This document shows, in pieces, positions 59,674 to 64,000 of a stretch of DNA of 64,000 bases (positions are counted from its first letter, which is position 1; every line of letters starts with the position of its first letter). A program made the translations under genes and the position numbers. The stretch covers positions 44,578,001-44,642,000 of the forward strand of contig OZ231126.1 in NCBI GenBank assembly GCA_965153355.1. Direction: 5' to 3'. The DNA comes from Flaccisagitta enflata (taxonomy: Eukaryota). The notes beneath the pieces are model-generated. The model searched no databases and was not told the origin of the DNA. It saw only the letters and a list, made by a program, of their open reading frames with translations.

Positions 59674-62600
59674 AGGCGTTCTTCCACCTTCCCGGGGTGC
59701 CAGTGGACACGCGACATCGGCGTGGAAAACCGACGAGCGTGACAAAGCAGGACGACAGGCTCAAAGAACCAGAGTGCTACAATGTTCGCGAGGACGGAAG
59801 TGGAACTCGTTTTTTGGGCAGCAGGGGGGGGGGGCAGGTCCGGCCGTCCTGCCTCTCCTGTGGCGACACTAACTCCAATCCATCTACTTTGGTGTTCCAC
59901 AAAAACTGTAGGCTTTAGCCCGATCGGGGCTGTTTCGCGCGTAGGAGAAGAAAGAAGAAGGAAAGCCGAGGTTAGGATGGCAATAACAACCATCCACCCT
60001 AACCCCGGGCCTCAGTTGGAAGGAAGAAGGAAAGCCAGGAGGGAAAGGAGGAAAAAGAGGAGAGAAAGGAGGAGGCAAGAAAAGGCAAGGAAAAAGGAAG
60101 AGGATAGGTTGAGAGGTCTGAAGACTAAGGAGGAGTTGGTGGTAGTGACGTGGAATGTGCAGAGTATGTCGGTGGAGAGTCTCAGAAGAAGGAACTTGAG
60201 GACGGTGGTGTGTTTTGCGGAGAAGAGTGGGTGGGATGTGGTGCTGCTGAGTGAGGTGAAAGCGAGAGGAAAAGGGGTGGTGTGGTTAGGGCAGGATGAG
60301 CAGCTAGTAGCGGTGGTGCATTCCGAGAGAGCAGGGGTGATGCTGCGTGGTGAAGCGTTGAAGCGGTGGTGTGAGGGAGGGCAGAGGAAGAAGTGGGACG
60401 AAAGGCATGTGGCAGTGAAGGTGGAGGAGTGGGTGCTGGTGGCGACATATATGCCGGTGTGGACGCATGGGAGAGACGCGGAGATAGAGGAAGAAAAGGA
60501 GAAGCTGTTGGAGCATGTGAAGTGGGCCAAGAAGGGAGAGGTGGTGGTGGTCGGCGGCGACTTCAACGCGCATATTGGCGGTGGAGAAGGACGTGGAGGT
60601 GTCTGCGGTTGCTTTGGATTGAGGTCTTCTAACGCACAAGGGGAGGCACTTAAGGATTGGTGTGAAATAAATGGCCTTTGCTGGGTAAATGGATTTTTCA
60701 GTGAAAAGAGAAGAGGAACTTGGAGATCGAATTTTACGGGTTTATGGTACGAACTTGACGGGTTTATTATGAAAGAAAATGAAAGACATAAGTTTGCGAA
60801 GAAGATGAAGACGGTGGGTGAGAATGTGATTAGTGACCACAAGCCAAAGAAACTGGTGATCGACGTGACGAAGAAGAAGAAGTGGAGACGCGAATATGCG
60901 AAGAAAAGGAAACCGACGATCCAGTGGGAGAAGCTGAAGATAGAGGAAGTACAGAAGAAGTATGAAGAGGTTGTCGGGAGGAAGATGGAAGAAAGAGAGG
61001 AAGAGGAGCCGAGTCAAGAGGAGACGGGATGGGGAAAGCTGCAAGAAGTGGTGATGGAAGCGGCAAAGGAAGTGTGTGGTGAATCGACGAGGAGAATAGA
61101 TAATCCATGGATGGTGGGGAAAGAGGAGGAAGTGAGGAGACTGAAGGGAGAAATTAGCAGGTGCTTAGAGAGGAGAGACGCGGCGGAGGAAGAGGAGGAG
61201 GAAGAGAGGGCGAAAGTAGAGCTGAAAGAGGCGAGGAAGATGTGGAAGAGGGAGTTGAGAAGATGGGAAAGAGAGTGGTGGGATGCGGAGCTGAGCAGGT
61301 GTGAGAATGCGGCGAATTGTGGAAATTTGGGGGAGATGTACAAGAGTCTGAAGACCTTAGGAGGAAGAGGAGCAAAGAAGGTAGCAACAGGAACAACGGT
61401 GACAAAGGAAGAATTCAGAAGTCATTTCAAGAAGGTTTCAGAAGAAAGGTTTGAGAATCTACTGGAGGAACTGGAGAAAGTGGTTGACAAGGCAGAGGAT
61501 CTGAGGGAGGATGATAGGACGAGGGGGTGGAGGGAGCGGCTGGGAAGGCCACCCGACAGAACGGAGATTGAACGGGAGATGGGAAAGATGAAAGATGCGG
61601 CGCCGGGTGAAGATGGTGTGCGTCTCTGTTACTTGAAGAAAGGAGGCAGGAAAGTCATGGATGAGGTGGTAAGAATCGTCCAGTTTATGTGGGTAAATGG
61701 TGCAGAGAAGTGGGAGGAGAGTCTGAGATCAGGCCAAGTGGTTCCGCTGTATAAAAACAAAGGAGACAGGAATGACCCGAATAATTATAGAGGGGTGTGT
61801 TTGCTGAGCATGGGAAGTAGAATTGTGGCGAGGATAGTGGCATGCAGATTGAAAGAATGGGCGGAGAGTATGGGATTACTGGATGATAATCAAGCGGGGT
61901 TCAGGAGTGGGAGGTCGACGGCTGACGCTACACAGATGATGATGAGGTTGATGGAGGATGCGGAGGATTTGGGGAGGAGGAAGAGGACAGCAGGAAGGAG
62001 CGACGACGATGGGTCAAAACCGGCGGCTCGGCTTCTCGATCTTCGAAAGGCTTATCCGAGGGTTAATAAGCCCGCGCTGTGGCGCCTTCTGAGGAGGTAC
62101 GGACTGGACGGTGATTTTCTCAGAGTCATAATGGATCTACACGAGACTACCGAGTACGCGATTAGGGGGAAGGAGGGAAACTCGGAAGGATGGGTGCCGG
62201 ACAGAGGATTGAGGGAAGGATGCCCATCGTCACCGATCCTTTTCAACATCTTCCATCAAGCGGTGATGAGGGTCGCAATTGAGGAAAGGAAGGAAAAGGC
62301 GGAGGAAAGCGAAAAGGAAGTGGGGGTGTGCATGAAATGGGTGCCAGGAAGTGCGATTCCAAGTGAGAAATTATGGGAGAAGGAAAACTCAGAGGCAGTG
62401 GAAGTGTGGGTAGATCTGAGCCTGTTTGCGGACGACACAACTGTAGTGGGAAATGAGGAGGAACTGGAAGAAGGGGTGGAGACGGTGAAAAGAGTAATGG
62501 GATATTTCGAAGAACGTAACAACGACGACAAGGAAGAGAAGTTGGTTTTCGGTGAGAAAGAGGGTGAAGGAATTCGGATGCTTGGCTGCTGGATGGGGTG

Positions 62601-63563
62601 GAAGACGGACGTGGATCAGAGGCTGGGAAGAGCAAGGAAGCCATGGGCCAAGGTCAGAGGTCGCTTAGTCGGTTCAAAATTAAGCAAGAAGATGCAGGCG
62701 AGAATCATCGAAGCAAGTGTAGAGAGTGGCCTTCTGTTCGACTGTGCAGTAAGGGTATGGCAGATCAAGGAGATCAAACAGTTACAGAGCATGGTCGACA
62801 GATGTTACCGTTACGTCTGGAGCAGGAAAACAGGACCGCCGCTTATTCAAATGGAGAAGGAACGAAAAAATATGTGGGATGTGAGAAGAGAGCTTGGAGT
62901 TAAATCTCTGCGGTGGAAGATTGAGAAGCAAGTTCTAGAGAGAATAGGGCACGTGATCAGAATGGACGACGAGAGGAGAGCAAAGGCAGTGATTCTAGGA
63001 TGGATGAGAGAGTTGGAAAAGTGGGAAAAACCAAAAGGAAGAAGAAGAAAAACTATCTGCTACTGGAAGAAGCTACTAAGAGAAGCGGGAGTGGATTGGA
63101 CTGACATTAACAGCGCAACCAAAGACCGGAAAAAATGGAAAAGGATCGTGAAGGAAAGGATGAAGAAAGTGGACAAGTGGGAGAAAGGTACATGTCATCA
63201 TTGGTCAGGAGAAGTCGTGGATAGAAATGAGCAGAAGATAACGATGGTGGACTTCGTCTGCGACGTCTGTGGGAAAAGATGCAAGTCGAAAGGAGGGTTG
63301 GTAGTGCATAGGAGAAGATTACATGAGGTGTCAAAGAAGAAAAAGATTTTTGAGTGTGAAGCGTGTGAGGAAAAATTCCAACAGGAGGCGAATTTGTGGA
63401 ATCACAAGAAGATATGCGGCGGGGCTGCTGCAAGCAGCAGCGACAGAAGGATGTGTGCCTGCGGTAGAGAATTTGCTAAAAGTTACATAGCACGCCATAA
63501 GGAGAAGTGTCTAAGGGCCGAGGCAGCGAGAGAAGAAGTAGAGGAGAGGCTGCCACGAGTCTA
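59674..63563 (+). mobile_element. Non-LTR retrotransposon, RTE clade, near full length; 3' end interrupted
   Basis: Starts right after (GAC)n 59634-59673; single long purine-rich ORF; abrupt switch to AT-rich sequence after TA at 63562-63563. Confidence 0.9.
59675..59754 (+). ncRNA. Candidate HDV-like self-cleaving ribozyme in the retrotransposon 5' UTR
   Basis: P3 ACC/GGT around L3 TTCCCGG, then GCCAGT-GG, P4 CACGC..TCGG..CCGA..GCGTG, J4/2 ACAAA, imperfect P2 CGTTCTTC/GCAGGACG; P1 5' strand only partial. Confidence 0.45.
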
Positions 63564-63687
63564 CACGGTGAACAAGCTCAAGTGGGGGAAAGTAAAAGCT
63601 CAGGATTTCAAAACTACCAGAGCATCACATTTCATCTCTTGCAGTGTTGTAGAAAATTACTTGACATTTTGTATAAGCCAAAGCTGA
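59782..63687 (+). CDS. RTE-type polyprotein: 2A-like motif, AP endonuclease, reverse transcriptase, C-terminal zinc fingers (last ~40 aa are read-through into another element)
   Basis: APE: VTWNVQS, DVVLLSEV, GDFNAHIG, ELDGF, SDHKP. RT: APGEDG, NYRGVCLLS, QAGFRSGRST, DLRKAY, GLREGCPSSPILFN, LFADD. RTE C-terminus GHVIRMDDERRAK..GRRRK..W..DRKKWKRIV. Fingers CxxC..H..H, CxxC..H..C, CxC..H..C. Confidence 0.95.
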   Translation: MFARTEVELVFWAAGGGGRSGRPASPVATLTPIHLLWCSTKTVGFSPIGAVSRVGEERRRKAEVRMAITTIHPNPGPQLEGRRKARRERRKKRRERRRQEKARKKEEDRLRGLKTKEELVVVTWNVQSMSVESLRRRNLRTVVCFAEKSGWDVVLLSEVKARGKGVVWLGQDEQLVAVVHSERAGVMLRGEALKRWCEGGQRKKWDERHVAVKVEEWVLVATYMPVWTHGRDAEIEEEKEKLLEHVKWAKKGEVVVVGGDFNAHIGGGEGRGGVCGCFGLRSSNAQGEALKDWCEINGLCWVNGFFSEKRRGTWRSNFTGLWYELDGFIMKENERHKFAKKMKTVGENVISDHKPKKLVIDVTKKKKWRREYAKKRKPTIQWEKLKIEEVQKKYEEVVGRKMEEREEEEPSQEETGWGKLQEVVMEAAKEVCGESTRRIDNPWMVGKEEEVRRLKGEISRCLERRDAAEEEEEEERAKVELKEARKMWKRELRRWEREWWDAELSRCENAANCGNLGEMYKSLKTLGGRGAKKVATGTTVTKEEFRSHFKKVSEERFENLLEELEKVVDKAEDLREDDRTRGWRERLGRPPDRTEIEREMGKMKDAAPGEDGVRLCYLKKGGRKVMDEVVRIVQFMWVNGAEKWEESLRSGQVVPLYKNKGDRNDPNNYRGVCLLSMGSRIVARIVACRLKEWAESMGLLDDNQAGFRSGRSTADATQMMMRLMEDAEDLGRRKRTAGRSDDDGSKPAARLLDLRKAYPRVNKPALWRLLRRYGLDGDFLRVIMDLHETTEYAIRGKEGNSEGWVPDRGLREGCPSSPILFNIFHQAVMRVAIEERKEKAEESEKEVGVCMKWVPGSAIPSEKLWEKENSEAVEVWVDLSLFADDTTVVGNEEELEEGVETVKRVMGYFEERNNDDKEEKLVFGEKEGEGIRMLGCWMGWKTDVDQRLGRARKPWAKVRGRLVGSKLSKKMQARIIEASVESGLLFDCAVRVWQIKEIKQLQSMVDRCYRYVWSRKTGPPLIQMEKERKNMWDVRRELGVKSLRWKIEKQVLERIGHVIRMDDERRAKAVILGWMRELEKWEKPKGRRRKTICYWKKLLREAGVDWTDINSATKDRKKWKRIVKERMKKVDKWEKGTCHHWSGEVVDRNEQKITMVDFVCDVCGKRCKSKGGLVVHRRRLHEVSKKKKIFECEACEEKFQQEANLWNHKKICGGAAASSSDRRMCACGREFAKSYIARHKEKCLRAEAAREEVEERLPRVYTVNKLKWGKVKAQDFKTTRASHFISCSVVENYLTFCISQS

Positions 63688-64000
63688 GATCATTAGCTCA
63701 AATACTTTAGAGGATACATTAAAATCTTTGAAATATCCATAACTAGGAATAGCTCAAAAAACAACTTTCAGACTTGAGCGCTTTGAAACTGGTAAATGAT
63801 GTTGTTTCATTCTTTCATCAATTATTGAACCAAATGTTGCATTCTTGGTTTCTACCTGAAGCACCATGAATGCCTTTTAGGTTTTTCTATCCAACTCAAT
63901 AAATTCATGCTATTTTCTTAACTGCAATTTGAGTTTGATTGAGAATCGATGAGCAATTTTTTGAGGTTGGAGAGGAACCTTCACATTTTTGGTCATATCT
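63564..64000. mobile_element. Probable DNA element inserted at a TA in the retrotransposon, running off the window
   Basis: TA|CACGGTGAACAAGCTCAAG start with a sharp compositional change; the other end is not visible. Confidence 0.5.

Noticed and set aside
60012-60842. 276-aa and other antisense ORFs over the retrotransposon
   Set aside because: Shadow frames caused by the strong purine bias of the sense ORF; no domains.

Overview
AT-rich, microsatellite- and transposon-dense animal (probably invertebrate) genomic DNA; the species cannot be identified from this window. Most ORFs in the supplied track are translations of simple repeats. All coordinates and alignments were read by eye, with no database searches. 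Supported coding content is: (1) on the minus strand, a HEPN-domain exon (DZIP3-like, RNxxxH motif, 9847-9172), a 72-nt micro-exon (8902-8831) and a six-bladed Kelch exon (7221-6164), whose phase-1 splice sites join in frame into a predicted 601-aa HEPN-Kelch protein; (2) on the plus strand, three tandem SLC16/monocarboxylate-transporter-like genes, two complete with 7 coding exons (24421-27765, 38688-50353) and a third running off the window; (3) a nearly intact RTE-clade non-LTR retrotransposon (~59674-63563) in intron 3 of the third transporter. That element carries a candidate HDV-like ribozyme, a 2A-like IHPNPGP motif, APE, RT and three zinc fingers, and its 3' end is cut by another element. 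The rest is nested non-autonomous DNA elements (MULE-, hAT-, Merlin-, Tc1/mariner- and Chapaev-like MITEs, foldbacks), many HINE/DINE-1-like elements, and minisatellite-carrying elements.
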